64,000 nucleotides of DNA from an uncultured SAR86 cluster bacterium (GTDB lineage: Bacteria; Pseudomonadota; Gammaproteobacteria; Magnimaribacterales; D2472), in NCBI GenBank assembly GCA_902583575.1, contig CACHWY010000005.1, positions 16,564 through 80,563 on the forward strand. The letters run 5' to 3'. The notes under the pieces are model-generated. The model had not been told where the DNA came from, did not search any database, and saw only the letters and a list, made by a program, of their open reading frames with translations. Both the position numbers and the translations under genes were made by a program. Positions 11,914-22,132 of this stretch are shown here, piece after piece (the first letter of the stretch is position 1; the number at the start of each line of letters is the position of its first letter).

Positions 11914-12525
11914 TTATAAAGATATTCCTCCGAATGACATAAATCCAAAACTCATTAATCCTACTATTATAAAAGTTGCTCCTAGGCCCTTAAGACCATC
12001 AGGTATATCAGAATATTTTAATTTTTCTCTTATTCCTGCGAGAACAACGATTGCTAAAGCCCAACCAAAACCAGCGCCAAAACCGTAAACAATACTTTCA
12101 ACAAATAATAAATCTTTTTCTATCATAAATAATGAGGCGCCTAAAATTGCACAATTTACTGTTATTAAAGGAAGAAATTGTCCTAATGCATTGTATAAAG
12201 CTGGGACGTATTTATCTAAAAACATTTCTAAAATTTGAACAACAGCAGCAATGACACCTATATAACTAATCAACTCAACAAATTCTAGATTAGTTCCTGG
12301 TATACCCAACCAAGTTAAGGCATCTTCTCTTAATATATAGTTATAAATTAAATTATTTAAAGGCACAGTAAGTAAACAAACCACTATTACAGCTATACCT
12401 AGACCAAATGCTGCATCAATTTTTTTTGATATAGCAATAAATGTACACATACCCAAAAATAATGAAAGTGCTATATTTTCAATGAATACAGTTGTAATGA
12501 ATATATTTAAATAATGCTCAAACAT
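11914..12525 (-). CDS. nqrE: Na+-NQR subunit E
   Basis: A 203-aa polytopic RnfA/NqrE-type protein in operon position between nqrD and nqrF. Confidence 0.93.
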   Translation of the reverse strand: MFEHYLNIFITTVFIENIALSLFLGMCTFIAISKKIDAAFGLGIAVIVVCLLTVPLNNLIYNYILREDALTWLGIPGTNLEFVELISYIGVIAAVVQILEMFLDKYVPALYNALGQFLPLITVNCAILGASLFMIEKDLLFVESIVYGFGAGFGWALAIVVLAGIREKLKYSDIPDGLKGLGATFIIVGLMSFGFMSFGGISL

Positions 12526-13204
12526 TTATTTCTCTTTTTGTTAAATCTGGAACTGTAGAATGTGGTTTTATTTCAAATTCATCATTTTCAATTTGAGCTG
12601 ACTTAATTGATCTTATTGCCCAAATAAATAAACCTATAATAATAAAGGAGCTTGGTGGAAGTAATAATAAGTTGTTGCCCATATACCAACCACCGTTAGA
12701 TACTAAAGGCAGAATTTCATATCCAAATAAAGTACCTGATCCAAACAATTCTCGAATTACTGCAACTCCTATAAGAATAATACTATAGCCAATACCATTA
12801 CCAAGGCCATCAAAAAAACTTAATAATGGCTTTTCTTTCATAGCAAAAGCTTCTGCCCTACCCATAACTATACAATTGGTAATAATCAGCCCAACAAAAA
12901 CAGATAACTTTTTACTAGTTTCATAATCATAAGCTTTTAATAATTCATCAACTACAATTACTAATGAGGCAATAATAGTCATTTGAACAATAATACGTAT
13001 TGAACTGGGAATATAGTTTCTTATTATTGAAATAAATAAATTTGAGAATGAAATAACACTTATAACAGCTACACACATAACCAATGTGACGGATAAATTG
13101 TTTGTGACGGCTAAAGCTGAACAAATACCTAATATTTGAAGAGTAATAGGATTTTCATCTATTAATGGTTTAAGAACTACTTCTTTATATCTTTTAAGAT
13201 TCAT
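12518..13204 (-). CDS. nqrD: Na+-NQR subunit D
   Basis: A 228-aa polytopic RnfE/NqrD-type protein in the expected operon position. Confidence 0.93.
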   Translation of the reverse strand: MNLKRYKEVVLKPLIDENPITLQILGICSALAVTNNLSVTLVMCVAVISVISFSNLFISIIRNYIPSSIRIIVQMTIIASLVIVVDELLKAYDYETSKKLSVFVGLIITNCIVMGRAEAFAMKEKPLLSFFDGLGNGIGYSIILIGVAVIRELFGSGTLFGYEILPLVSNGGWYMGNNLLLLPPSSFIIIGLFIWAIRSIKSAQIENDEFEIKPHSTVPDLTKREINV

Positions 13205-13967
13205 AATTTAATTCTTTAAATAATTTTGAGTAGCCTGATTCACCAAACCAATAAGCAATCATATTGGTTACGCCTCTGCTAGTTATTGTTGCTCCTGACA
13301 ATCCGTCGATTTCATATTGAGCGTCTTTATCATTGTTATCTACCTTACCTTTTATTACGCTTAAAGATACTTCACCATTTTGATAAATTTCTTTTCCAGC
13401 CCATAAGTTTTTCCATTTAGGATTATCTACCTCAGCACCTAGTCCTGGAGTTTCTTTATGATCATAGAATTCTATTCCAGCTATAGTATTAAAATCATTT
13501 TCAATAGATATATATCCATATAAAGTTCCCCATAGACCATATCCTCTTATTGGCAATATTAATTTATTAATTGAATAATCATCATTGCGTAGAATAAATA
13601 TTTTTCCAATATTTTCTCTATTCTTGATAACTGCAATATCTTCTGATGTTGGTACTTTACTTGAAAGATTGCTATCTCTAGTAGCTAAAATTGGATCATA
13701 TTCTTCTAATGAAAAATCCATATATGTATCCATTAATTTTCCTGTTTCAAAATTAACAAATTTTGTTTCTAACTTTAAGAATTGATCCTTAATTTCTTCA
13801 TCTGGGTTGTATATATCTGCGGCTTGTAAAATTTTTATCCTTTTATCATTTAATTTATTTTCATTTTGCAAATCTCTTAAACTTACAGCAGAAAAAGAGA
13901 CTACTAATGAGCATATTAAACATACACAAAATGCGACGCCAATAGTTTTATTTATAGATTCATTCAT
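13194..13967 (-). CDS. nqrC: Na+-NQR subunit C
   Basis: 257 aa with a single N-terminal TM segment and the FMN-attachment motif [12 protein letters not shown]. Confidence 0.93.
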   Translation of the reverse strand: MNESINKTIGVAFCVCLICSLVVSFSAVSLRDLQNENKLNDKRIKILQAADIYNPDEEIKDQFLKLETKFVNFETGKLMDTYMDFSLEEYDPILATRDSNLSSKVPTSEDIAVIKNRENIGKIFILRNDDYSINKLILPIRGYGLWGTLYGYISIENDFNTIAGIEFYDHKETPGLGAEVDNPKWKNLWAGKEIYQNGEVSLSVIKGKVDNNDKDAQYEIDGLSGATITSRGVTNMIAYWFGESGYSKLFKELNYES

Positions 13968-15189
13968 TTAATAAAGCCTTTCTTTTTCTTATATTATTCA
14001 TTACTACCATATGATCAATTACAGGCGCTAATAAATTTGCAAACAATATAGCAAGCATCATTCCTTCTGGAAAGGCAGGATTTATTACCCTAATTAAAAT
14101 AACCAGAACTCCGATTGTAAAACCATAAATCCATCTTCCTGCATTCGTGCCTGATCCTGATACAGGTTCTGTTGCCATAAATACTAAACCAAAAGCAAAG
14201 CTTCCAATTACTGCATGCCAATACCAGGGCACATAAAACATTGGATTTGAATCCGAGCCAACAATATTAAGTATTGATGACATCATTATCATTCCAAACA
14301 ATGTACCTAATATTATTCTATAAGATGCAACTTTTGTAAGTAATAAAATTGCCAATCCTATAAGAATAGCTATAACAGAAGTTTCGCCTACTGATCCTGG
14401 TATATTGCCTACAAATGCATCAAGCCACGAAAAGCTATCATTTAAACCGGGTATTCCCTTTTCTGCGGCAACGCCTAAAGCTGTGGCACCACTATAGCCT
14501 TCTGGGATAATTGCATTATCTGATAATCCAGCTATCCAAACTTTATCACCAGATAACTGAGCTGGATATGCAAAATATATGAATGCCCTTCCTGTAAGCG
14601 CTGGATTAAGAAAATTTTTTCCAGTTCCACCAAAAATCTCTTTTCCTATAACTAATCCAAATGTTATTCCAAGTGCTGCCTGCCATAAAGGAATGTCGGG
14701 TGGGCAACTCAATGCAAATAAAACAGTTGAAACAAATGCACCTTCATTTATCTCATGCTTTCTTATAACCGCAAATACAACCTCCCATCCAATACCAACT
14801 ACGAATACAACAGCATAAATTGGTAAGAAATATGACGCGCCAAACCATAATTTTGCAAAAAAACTAGATGAGTCATATCCAACAATACTTACAATAGCAT
14901 GATGCCAATCCCCAGTATTTTGTCTACCTATCAAATCTAGATATTCAAGGGACTGTGCACCAAGGTTATACATACCAAAAAGCATTGTAGGGAATGTTGC
15001 TAGCCAGACAGTAACCATAATTTTTTGAATATCTACAGCGTCTTTTACATGGGTTGGATTAGTAGTCTTGCCTGAAGATGAGTAAAAGAAATTTTCAATT
15101 GCATCAAATAAAGGAAACCATTTTGAATATTTACCATCAGTAATAAAATTAGGTTTTATATTATTAATAAATTTTCTTAATGGCTTCAT
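13960..15189 (-). CDS. nqrB: Na+-NQR subunit B
   Basis: A 409-aa polytopic protein with the flavinylation motif YSGATALG, in the expected operon position. Confidence 0.94.
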   Translation of the reverse strand: MKPLRKFINNIKPNFITDGKYSKWFPLFDAIENFFYSSSGKTTNPTHVKDAVDIQKIMVTVWLATFPTMLFGMYNLGAQSLEYLDLIGRQNTGDWHHAIVSIVGYDSSSFFAKLWFGASYFLPIYAVVFVVGIGWEVVFAVIRKHEINEGAFVSTVLFALSCPPDIPLWQAALGITFGLVIGKEIFGGTGKNFLNPALTGRAFIYFAYPAQLSGDKVWIAGLSDNAIIPEGYSGATALGVAAEKGIPGLNDSFSWLDAFVGNIPGSVGETSVIAILIGLAILLLTKVASYRIILGTLFGMIMMSSILNIVGSDSNPMFYVPWYWHAVIGSFAFGLVFMATEPVSGSGTNAGRWIYGFTIGVLVILIRVINPAFPEGMMLAILFANLLAPVIDHMVVMNNIRKRKALLNE

Positions 15190-16502
15190 AACTCTGAATA
15201 TAATTTATTTAAATTATCTATTAAGATTGATGAGTAATCATACTTGCTAGGACACACATATGAGCATAATGCTAAATCTTCTGGTACAAGTTCAAGCATT
15301 CCTAACTCTACTGACATTTCAGTATCTGATACTACTAATGCTTTAAGAAGTTGTGTAACAAGAATATCCATAGGCATTACTTCTTCATAAGATGAAATAG
15401 GTACTATTGCCCTATTTGCGCCATTATTTGAAGTGTTAAAAATAAAATCTTTGGGTTTAATTATTGATGATAAAAATACATTTAATTTTGAGTGTAATTT
15501 AGAACCAGGATTTAACCAACTCATAAAGCTATCATTTAGTTCATCAGATATGCATGATATTTGTGAGTCATAATAGCCTAGATAATTCATGACACCTTCT
15601 GAGGTGTGACCATGAAGAACTGATCCTGATATAAGTCTTGAATTTTCCTTAGTCTTACCAGCAGTAATCTCATCAATATTAGCACTTGGTCTTACTTTTA
15701 TTAATGAAGGTTGAAATACATTAGGCCCACCAAGAGCTATAATTTTATGAGTCCTAATTTTATTATTTTTAAATAAATATCCTATAGAAATAATATCTTG
15801 ATAATTTATAGTCCAGACTATTCTTTTTAAACTTACAGGATAAATCTTTGATATATGTGTGCTACTTAATCCAGCAGGATGTGGCCCAGACACATGATGA
15901 TAATTAATATCTTTATTTGATGTATCAAACCCATTGTTTTGATAAGTTAAATGTATTTCACAGTCAAATAAATTAGATAATATTTTTATTCCTTCATCAA
16001 ATAATGATTTGTCTTCCTTGATAATTTCATATGGATCAACAGATAAGGGATTAGTATCACAACAATTTATAAAGACTGCATCTGCATTGTCATCAACCTT
16101 TGGTGTTCTATTGAAAGGCCTTGTTCTAAATCCATTCCATAATCCTGAATTTACTAAAGCAGTTTTTATTTCATTTGTGGTGGTGCCTAAGTTAAATAAT
16201 TCATACTCTTCATTTGCATCGATATCTATTTCTATAGATAAAAATCTTCTTTTAGCCCCTCTATTAATAGATTTAACTCTCCCTCCAGCTGGTGATGTGA
16301 AATATACTCCTGGATTTTTTTTATCTTCAAAAATTTTCTGACCAACTTTAACTTTATCATTAACCTTAACAAACATAGTTGGTTTCATACCTACAAAATC
16401 ATTAGATAATACCGCAACCGATGATATTTTTGGTTCGTCAGAAATTTTAATCGCAGGTGAGCCAGATATTGGTAAATCTAGACCTTTTGATACATTAATC
16501 AC
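15186..16502 (-). CDS. nqrA: Na+-NQR subunit A
   Basis: 438 aa. The N-terminus (M)INVSKGLDLPISG resembles Vibrio NqrA. It is the first gene of the operon and has a GTG start. Confidence 0.93.
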   Translation of the reverse strand: MINVSKGLDLPISGSPAIKISDEPKISSVAVLSNDFVGMKPTMFVKVNDKVKVGQKIFEDKKNPGVYFTSPAGGRVKSINRGAKRRFLSIEIDIDANEEYELFNLGTTTNEIKTALVNSGLWNGFRTRPFNRTPKVDDNADAVFINCCDTNPLSVDPYEIIKEDKSLFDEGIKILSNLFDCEIHLTYQNNGFDTSNKDINYHHVSGPHPAGLSSTHISKIYPVSLKRIVWTINYQDIISIGYLFKNNKIRTHKIIALGGPNVFQPSLIKVRPSANIDEITAGKTKENSRLISGSVLHGHTSEGVMNYLGYYDSQISCISDELNDSFMSWLNPGSKLHSKLNVFLSSIIKPKDFIFNTSNNGANRAIVPISSYEEVMPMDILVTQLLKALVVSDTEMSVELGMLELVPEDLALCSYVCPSKYDYSSILIDNLNKLYSEL

Positions 16503-16584
16503 TCTTTGTGTGCCTTATTAAAGTTATAAATAAACTATAAAAACAATAGAATTATAAAGCTAAAGCGACTTTGATTCTATTCTT

Positions 16585-18087
16585 TTAAGAAATTGGTTTA
16601 GGTAATCTTGGAAGGTCTATATTAGCAACTTTTTTAGTTAATCCTATAACTTGTTTTGTATAGCCATATTCATTGTCATACCAGCAATATAAAGTAAGTC
16701 TCTTATCGCTTGTTATGGTAGCTTGAGAGTCAATAACGGATGCAAAAGAACTTGAGTAAAAATCTGTTGAAACAATTTCAGGCGAATTAACAAAGCCAAT
16801 AATTTCTCTATATTTTGAATGAAATGCTATACCTCGTAAATATTCATTCACTTCATCATCTGTAACACTCTTATTAAGTGATAAAGATAAGATTGCTAAA
16901 CTAACATTTGGTGTCGGAACACGTATTGCATTGCCTGTAAGCTTTCCATCTAATTCAGGTAAAGCTTTGGATACAGCTTTAACAGCCCCTGTTGTTGTAA
17001 TAACCATATTAAGTGGAGCGCCTCTACCCCTTCTGTCACCTTTATGAAAATTATCAATTAAATTTTGGTCATTAGTATAAGCATGAACTGTTTCTATATG
17101 GCCACTTTCAATACCATATTCATCATTTATAACCTTTAAAACAGGAACAATTGCATTTGTGGTACATGATGCTGCTGAAATTATAGAATCTTCATCATGT
17201 AAGATATCATCATTTATACCATGAACAACATTCTTTAAATCTCCTTTTGCAGGCGCTGTTAATATAACTTTTTTAGCTCCTGATTTAATATGTTTAGATA
17301 AACCATCTTCGTTTCTCCATACTCCGGTATTGTCAATTACTATAGGATCCTTAATGTCGTGATCTGAATAATTTACTTCTTCTGGAGCTGACGCATATAT
17401 AACATTTACAACATTACCATTAATAACTAAGTTTGAATTCTCTTCATCAACTCGAACTGTTCCATCAAATGGCCCATGAACTGAATCTTTAGTTAACAAA
17501 CTAGCTCTTTTAAAGATATCATCGTCTGAACCTTTTCTTATAACAATTGCTTTAAGTATGAAATAATTTCCCGGTCCTGTTGTTTGAGTCATCATTCGAG
17601 CTACAAGCCTTCCAATTCTTCCAAAACCATATAAAACAATATTCTTAGGTTCTTTTGGTCTATCTGATTTTTTATTAATTACTGAATCTAATTCAGAATT
17701 AATATAATCAGGTACTTTTGATTGATCGTCTTTAATTTCATTAAAAAATGGGCATTTAACTGCTATTTCACCAATATCAATTTCACAATCTTTAAGATCT
17801 AAAGTGCTTATATATTTAATCATTGGGAATGTTTCAGATTCGCTAAGTTCGTTATTGTCAGCTTGTCTGGCAAATCTATGTGCTTTCATTATTGAAACTG
17901 GTGACTCATTTACTAATGACTTACCATAAATCATTATATTTATACCATTTCTATAAAGAGAGCCTATTAACGGAACCATTAGCTCTGCAAGTGCCTCTCT
18001 CCACTTCCAGTCACCAAATGAATCTTCAGGTAAAATCCTTTTTTGTCTTTCGGTAGATTGAAAATTTATATCTTTCTTATCGCTCAT
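16585..18087 (-). CDS. glyceraldehyde-3-phosphate dehydrogenase, long form with about 148-aa N-terminal extension
   Basis: The Rossmann motif YGFGRIGRL begins near aa 153, followed by the catalytic motif SAASCTTNAI. The long form lies beside the nqr operon, as I recall for Pseudomonas. Confidence 0.85.
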   Translation of the reverse strand: MSDKKDINFQSTERQKRILPEDSFGDWKWREALAELMVPLIGSLYRNGINIMIYGKSLVNESPVSIMKAHRFARQADNNELSESETFPMIKYISTLDLKDCEIDIGEIAVKCPFFNEIKDDQSKVPDYINSELDSVINKKSDRPKEPKNIVLYGFGRIGRLVARMMTQTTGPGNYFILKAIVIRKGSDDDIFKRASLLTKDSVHGPFDGTVRVDEENSNLVINGNVVNVIYASAPEEVNYSDHDIKDPIVIDNTGVWRNEDGLSKHIKSGAKKVILTAPAKGDLKNVVHGINDDILHDEDSIISAASCTTNAIVPVLKVINDEYGIESGHIETVHAYTNDQNLIDNFHKGDRRGRGAPLNMVITTTGAVKAVSKALPELDGKLTGNAIRVPTPNVSLAILSLSLNKSVTDDEVNEYLRGIAFHSKYREIIGFVNSPEIVSTDFYSSSFASVIDSQATITSDKRLTLYCWYDNEYGYTKQVIGLTKKVANIDLPRLPKPIS

Positions 18088-18123
18088 TGTTTAATTATAA
18101 GTATATTTATTTAAATAACTAAA

Positions 18124-19215
18124 TTAACTAGCAAATTTTTTAAGGTGATAATCAGAATTACCAAATAAAGCATCGATTGATACCATTTTTTTTAAATAGT
18201 GGCCTATCATCATTTCTTCGCTAACACCCATACCGCCATGAAGTTGGACGGCATCTTGAGCTGATAATTTACCCGATCTTCCAATTTGTGATTTAAGTGC
18301 AGACACGTGTTTATATTTATCTTCTGAATTTGAATCAACTTCAAGCATTGCTTTGAATAACAATGATTTAGCTAATTCACTTTCTACAAACATATCTACC
18401 ATTCTATGTTGTAAAACCTGAAAGTTTGAAATCGGCTGACCGAACTGTTCTCTGCCTTTTGTATATTCTACTGTTTTTAAATAACAGGACTCCATACACC
18501 CAACAGCTTCTGCACTTACACATAATGTAGCTAAATTTATTGATTCATTAATTAATTCTATAGCTTCTAAATCACAAGCAATTATTGCATCATTATCAAT
18601 CTCTACATTCTCAAATGAAATTTCTGCACATGATTGATCATCTATAGTTTTAAAGGAGTTAATAGAAACGCCTTTTGTGTTCGAATCAATAATTACTAAA
18701 GTTAATTTTTTATCTTTAATGCAAGTTACTATTACTTTATCAGAATTGCCACCATTAAGAACTAATGTCTTAGTTCCATTTAAAATATTATTGTCTAATG
18801 TTGTATCAGAGTTTAAATAATCATAATTTTTATTTGCTTCTGCGTAAGCTAATGAAATATGCATGTCTCCACTACAAATTTTTTCAATTAAATCACTCTT
18901 CTTTGAATAATTTGATTTGTCTAATAATGTTCCAGATAGAACTACTGTAGCTAAATATGGTTCTATAACCAATGCTTTACCAAATTCTTCAAATAAAACT
19001 GCTAATTCAACAGCACCAAAACCTAAGCCGCCATTTTCTTCGGAAAACGCCATAGATAACCAACCCTGTTCTGCGAATAACTTCCATACATTTGAATCAA
19101 AATCATCTGAAGATTTAACTATTTTTTCTCTTGTATAAAAGTCATATTCTGATTCACAAAACTTTTGAATTTGCTCACGAAGCATAACTTGTTCTTCGCT
19201 ATAATTAAGATTCAC
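18124..19215 (-). CDS. acyl-CoA dehydrogenase family protein (probable non-catalytic partner subunit)
   Basis: 363 aa with an ACAD fold (GREQFGQPISNFQVLQHRMVDM). It has a GTG start 2 nt after the upstream ACAD. The usual catalytic Glu positions appear substituted (LFGNS, NLATL). Confidence 0.82.
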   Translation of the reverse strand: MNLNYSEEQVMLREQIQKFCESEYDFYTREKIVKSSDDFDSNVWKLFAEQGWLSMAFSEENGGLGFGAVELAVLFEEFGKALVIEPYLATVVLSGTLLDKSNYSKKSDLIEKICSGDMHISLAYAEANKNYDYLNSDTTLDNNILNGTKTLVLNGGNSDKVIVTCIKDKKLTLVIIDSNTKGVSINSFKTIDDQSCAEISFENVEIDNDAIIACDLEAIELINESINLATLCVSAEAVGCMESCYLKTVEYTKGREQFGQPISNFQVLQHRMVDMFVESELAKSLLFKAMLEVDSNSEDKYKHVSALKSQIGRSGKLSAQDAVQLHGGMGVSEEMMIGHYLKKMVSIDALFGNSDYHLKKFAS

Positions 19216-19217
19216 TT

Positions 19218-20390
19218 TTATACCCCTAATACAAATTTAGAAATAATATTCTTTTGAATTTCGTTGCTTCCACCATATATTGATGTTTTTCTTAAATTTA
19301 AGAATGCTGATAGACTATTTGCAGCATAATCAGGTCCAGCTGGCTTGTCATTGCTCGAATATCCATGAGGGCCAGGATACATAATTGCATATTCACCTGC
19401 TGCTTCAACATACAATTGAGAAATATTTTGTTGCATTTCAGTGCCTTTGATTTTAAGAATTGATGACTCAGCTCCAGGATGGCCGCCATTTTCTAAGGCA
19501 GACAATAGTCTTAACTCTGTTATTTCAAGAGCAGAAAGTGAAACTTCTAACTCACATATCTTTTTGTCTAATTCTGGATTATCTAATTCAGACACAATTT
19601 TTTTAAGTTTATTAAGTTGTCTCATAGAAGCGCCAACAGAAGCTATTCCAAATCTTTCATGTGCAAGTAAAAATTTAGCATAAGTCCAACCTTTCCCTTC
19701 TTCACCAATAAGATTTTTAACAGGCACCTTAACATCAGTAAAAAATACAGAATTAACTTCATGCTCACCATCAATTGTAATAATCGGTTTAACCTCAATT
19801 CCTGGTGTATTCATATCAATTAATAAAAATGAAATACCTTCTTGTTTAATTCCACTACTGTCAGTTCTAACTAAACAAAATATCCAATCTGCATGTTGAG
19901 CTAATGTTGTCCAAGTCTTTGAACCATTAACTATATAATGATCATTTTCCAACACTGCTTTAGTTTTTAATGATGCTAAGTCAGAGCCTGATCCTGGTTC
20001 AGAATAACCTTGGCACCACCATGTATTAAAATTTAGTATATCTGGTAAATATTTAGCCTTTTGTTCATCATTGCCGAATGTCCATATCACTGGAGCAACC
20101 ATACTGACGCCAAATGCAAGTAAAGGCGGACAACCTGCTAAACCAAATTCTTTATTGAAGATATATAATTGTGTAGCCGACCAACCTGTACCACCATGCT
20201 CTACAGGCCAGTTGTAGCCCATCCAACCCTTTTCTGCAAGAGCTTTATGGAAATCAATTTGATCTTGTTTACTAATAGTTATTCCTTTATCAGTCTTTTC
20301 CTTAACATGTTTTGGATAACCGCCATTATTTAACCAGTCTCTGACCTCATCTCTAAATGCTATATCCTCTTTAGTAAAGTTTATATCCAT
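19218..20390 (-). CDS. acyl-CoA dehydrogenase family protein
   Basis: 390 aa with WWCQGYSEPGSGSDLASL, NGSKTWTT and the C-terminal IYGGSNEIQKNII. Confidence 0.87.
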   Translation of the reverse strand: MDINFTKEDIAFRDEVRDWLNNGGYPKHVKEKTDKGITISKQDQIDFHKALAEKGWMGYNWPVEHGGTGWSATQLYIFNKEFGLAGCPPLLAFGVSMVAPVIWTFGNDEQKAKYLPDILNFNTWWCQGYSEPGSGSDLASLKTKAVLENDHYIVNGSKTWTTLAQHADWIFCLVRTDSSGIKQEGISFLLIDMNTPGIEVKPIITIDGEHEVNSVFFTDVKVPVKNLIGEEGKGWTYAKFLLAHERFGIASVGASMRQLNKLKKIVSELDNPELDKKICELEVSLSALEITELRLLSALENGGHPGAESSILKIKGTEMQQNISQLYVEAAGEYAIMYPGPHGYSSNDKPAGPDYAANSLSAFLNLRKTSIYGGSNEIQKNIISKFVLGV

Positions 20391-20502
20391 AATTTATTAT
20401 TTTTTTGATTGAATAACGGAATCATTATACACAAGTAGGTAGTTAAAAAAAAACATAATATTTTATAAAAATTAAGTAGTTTTTCTCAATCACAATAAAA
20501 AA

Positions 20503-21366
20503 ATGTTAATCTTTAAATATATGAAAATTAAAAATAATTTAGGAGTAATATTATTATTATTTAACATAACATTGTCATCAAATACCAATGAAATAAATGA
20601 ATATAATGTTGAGATAATTATATTTAAATATTTAAATAGTAAATCCAATGAATTATTTGATTCTGAATTACTAATCCCTGATGAAGAGATAATTAGATTT
20701 TATGATCCTGATTTATATATTAATAAGTCGGCATTATATAATTTTCCAAAAACTAATACTTTTTTTCCAAACCTCTTTAAAAATATAAAACCTAAATACA
20801 TAAGTTCTGAAGAAAATAATTCTACTAAAGAAATAATAAATCCGAATCCAAAGAACTGGTTTAGAGAAACTAACAATCTCAATATATTGAATAAAATTAA
20901 AGGTCAAATAATAAAGAATAAAAATTTAGAATTTATAGAATCAAAATCTTGGATTCAGGGTATTGATGATTATGAATCAAGTAGATTTATATATGATGAA
21001 AATAAATTAAAAAATTATGGTTTCTATATAAAATTATATAAACGAAGATTTATGCATGTCGAGATTAAAGCATTTATGGGAGTTAATAATGAAGACACTA
21101 AAATGGTTCCAGTTGAAAATCATATTAAAGAACTGGAAAAAAAAATATATTCAAATTACAAAAATATAAATAATTATGATCTAAATATAAATTACCCAAA
21201 AAATATAGAAAATATAATGATTACAAACGATAACGACAGTAGTGAATTTATCGTTGATACTGATTTAAATATTTATATCGATGAAGAAAAAAGGATCTTT
21301 AATGAAGAAGTATATTTATTTGATCATCCAAATTTTGGAATTATATTATCCTTAACTCAAAACTAA
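20503..21366 (+). CDS. secreted hypothetical protein, possibly a CsiV-family peptidoglycan-binding protein
   Basis: A 287-aa N/K-rich protein with a signal-like N-terminus (ATG 20521, MKIKNNLGVILLLF, may be the start). The YNVEIIIFKY motif after the signal resembles what I recall of CsiV/DUF2803. This assignment is weak. Confidence 0.45.
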   Translation: MLIFKYMKIKNNLGVILLLFNITLSSNTNEINEYNVEIIIFKYLNSKSNELFDSELLIPDEEIIRFYDPDLYINKSALYNFPKTNTFFPNLFKNIKPKYISSEENNSTKEIINPNPKNWFRETNNLNILNKIKGQIIKNKNLEFIESKSWIQGIDDYESSRFIYDENKLKNYGFYIKLYKRRFMHVEIKAFMGVNNEDTKMVPVENHIKELEKKIYSNYKNINNYDLNINYPKNIENIMITNDNDSSEFIVDTDLNIYIDEEKRIFNEEVYLFDHPNFGIILSLTQN

Positions 21367-21957
21367 TTATTTATAATAAGCATTATCATCAATCGAATGG
21401 TCAGTTAAATCTTTTACAGCTTTAACTTCAGGTATTTGTTCAATAAGTGTTTTTTCAATCCCATCTTTCAAAGTTACATCTACCATTCCACAACCTTGAC
21501 ATCCACCACCAAATTGAAGTACTGCTTCATTTTTATTATTAAATTCTACCAAACTTACTTCACCACCATGTGAATCCAACATTGGGTTAATTTCATTATA
21601 AATAACATAGTTAATTCTATCTTCAACGGGGCTATCAGCTGAAATATTAGGCAGCCTTGCGTTGGGAGCTTTTATCGTTAGTTGCCCACCAAACGTATCA
21701 TTATCAAAATTTACCTCAGCATCTTTTAAAAATGGAATACTTCTTTTTTCTAAATTTACAGTTATTAAATCAAGATTAAGAATCATGTCATCAGGCATAG
21801 CTTCATCTGGTTTACAATATGCTAAACAAGTTTCAGCTTTTGGAGTACCTGGATCTGCAATAAAGATCCTAATTGATAAGTCTGTTTCATTTTTATCTTG
21901 AATGAGTTTAGATAGGTATTCTTCAGCAGATTTAGTTATTTTAATAATTTCATTCAT
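21367..21957 (-). CDS. nfuA: Fe-S biogenesis protein NfuA
   Basis: 196 aa with a degenerate A-type N-domain and a C-terminal Nfu domain carrying GGGCQGCGMVDVTLK. Confidence 0.9.
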   Translation of the reverse strand: MNEIIKITKSAEEYLSKLIQDKNETDLSIRIFIADPGTPKAETCLAYCKPDEAMPDDMILNLDLITVNLEKRSIPFLKDAEVNFDNDTFGGQLTIKAPNARLPNISADSPVEDRINYVIYNEINPMLDSHGGEVSLVEFNNKNEAVLQFGGGCQGCGMVDVTLKDGIEKTLIEQIPEVKAVKDLTDHSIDDNAYYK

Positions 21958-22132
21958 ATTTTATGTGGTTATATAGAATTATAAGTTCATTTTTCGGAAT
22001 AAGAAAAAAAAATGATCTATCAAAGGATCTTAATAATTTATCATTAAAAAAAATTATTATTCTATTTTTAAGTCTTAATATAATATTTATATGTATAGTT
22101 TTATTAATTACAAGCTTAATCATTAAATCTTG

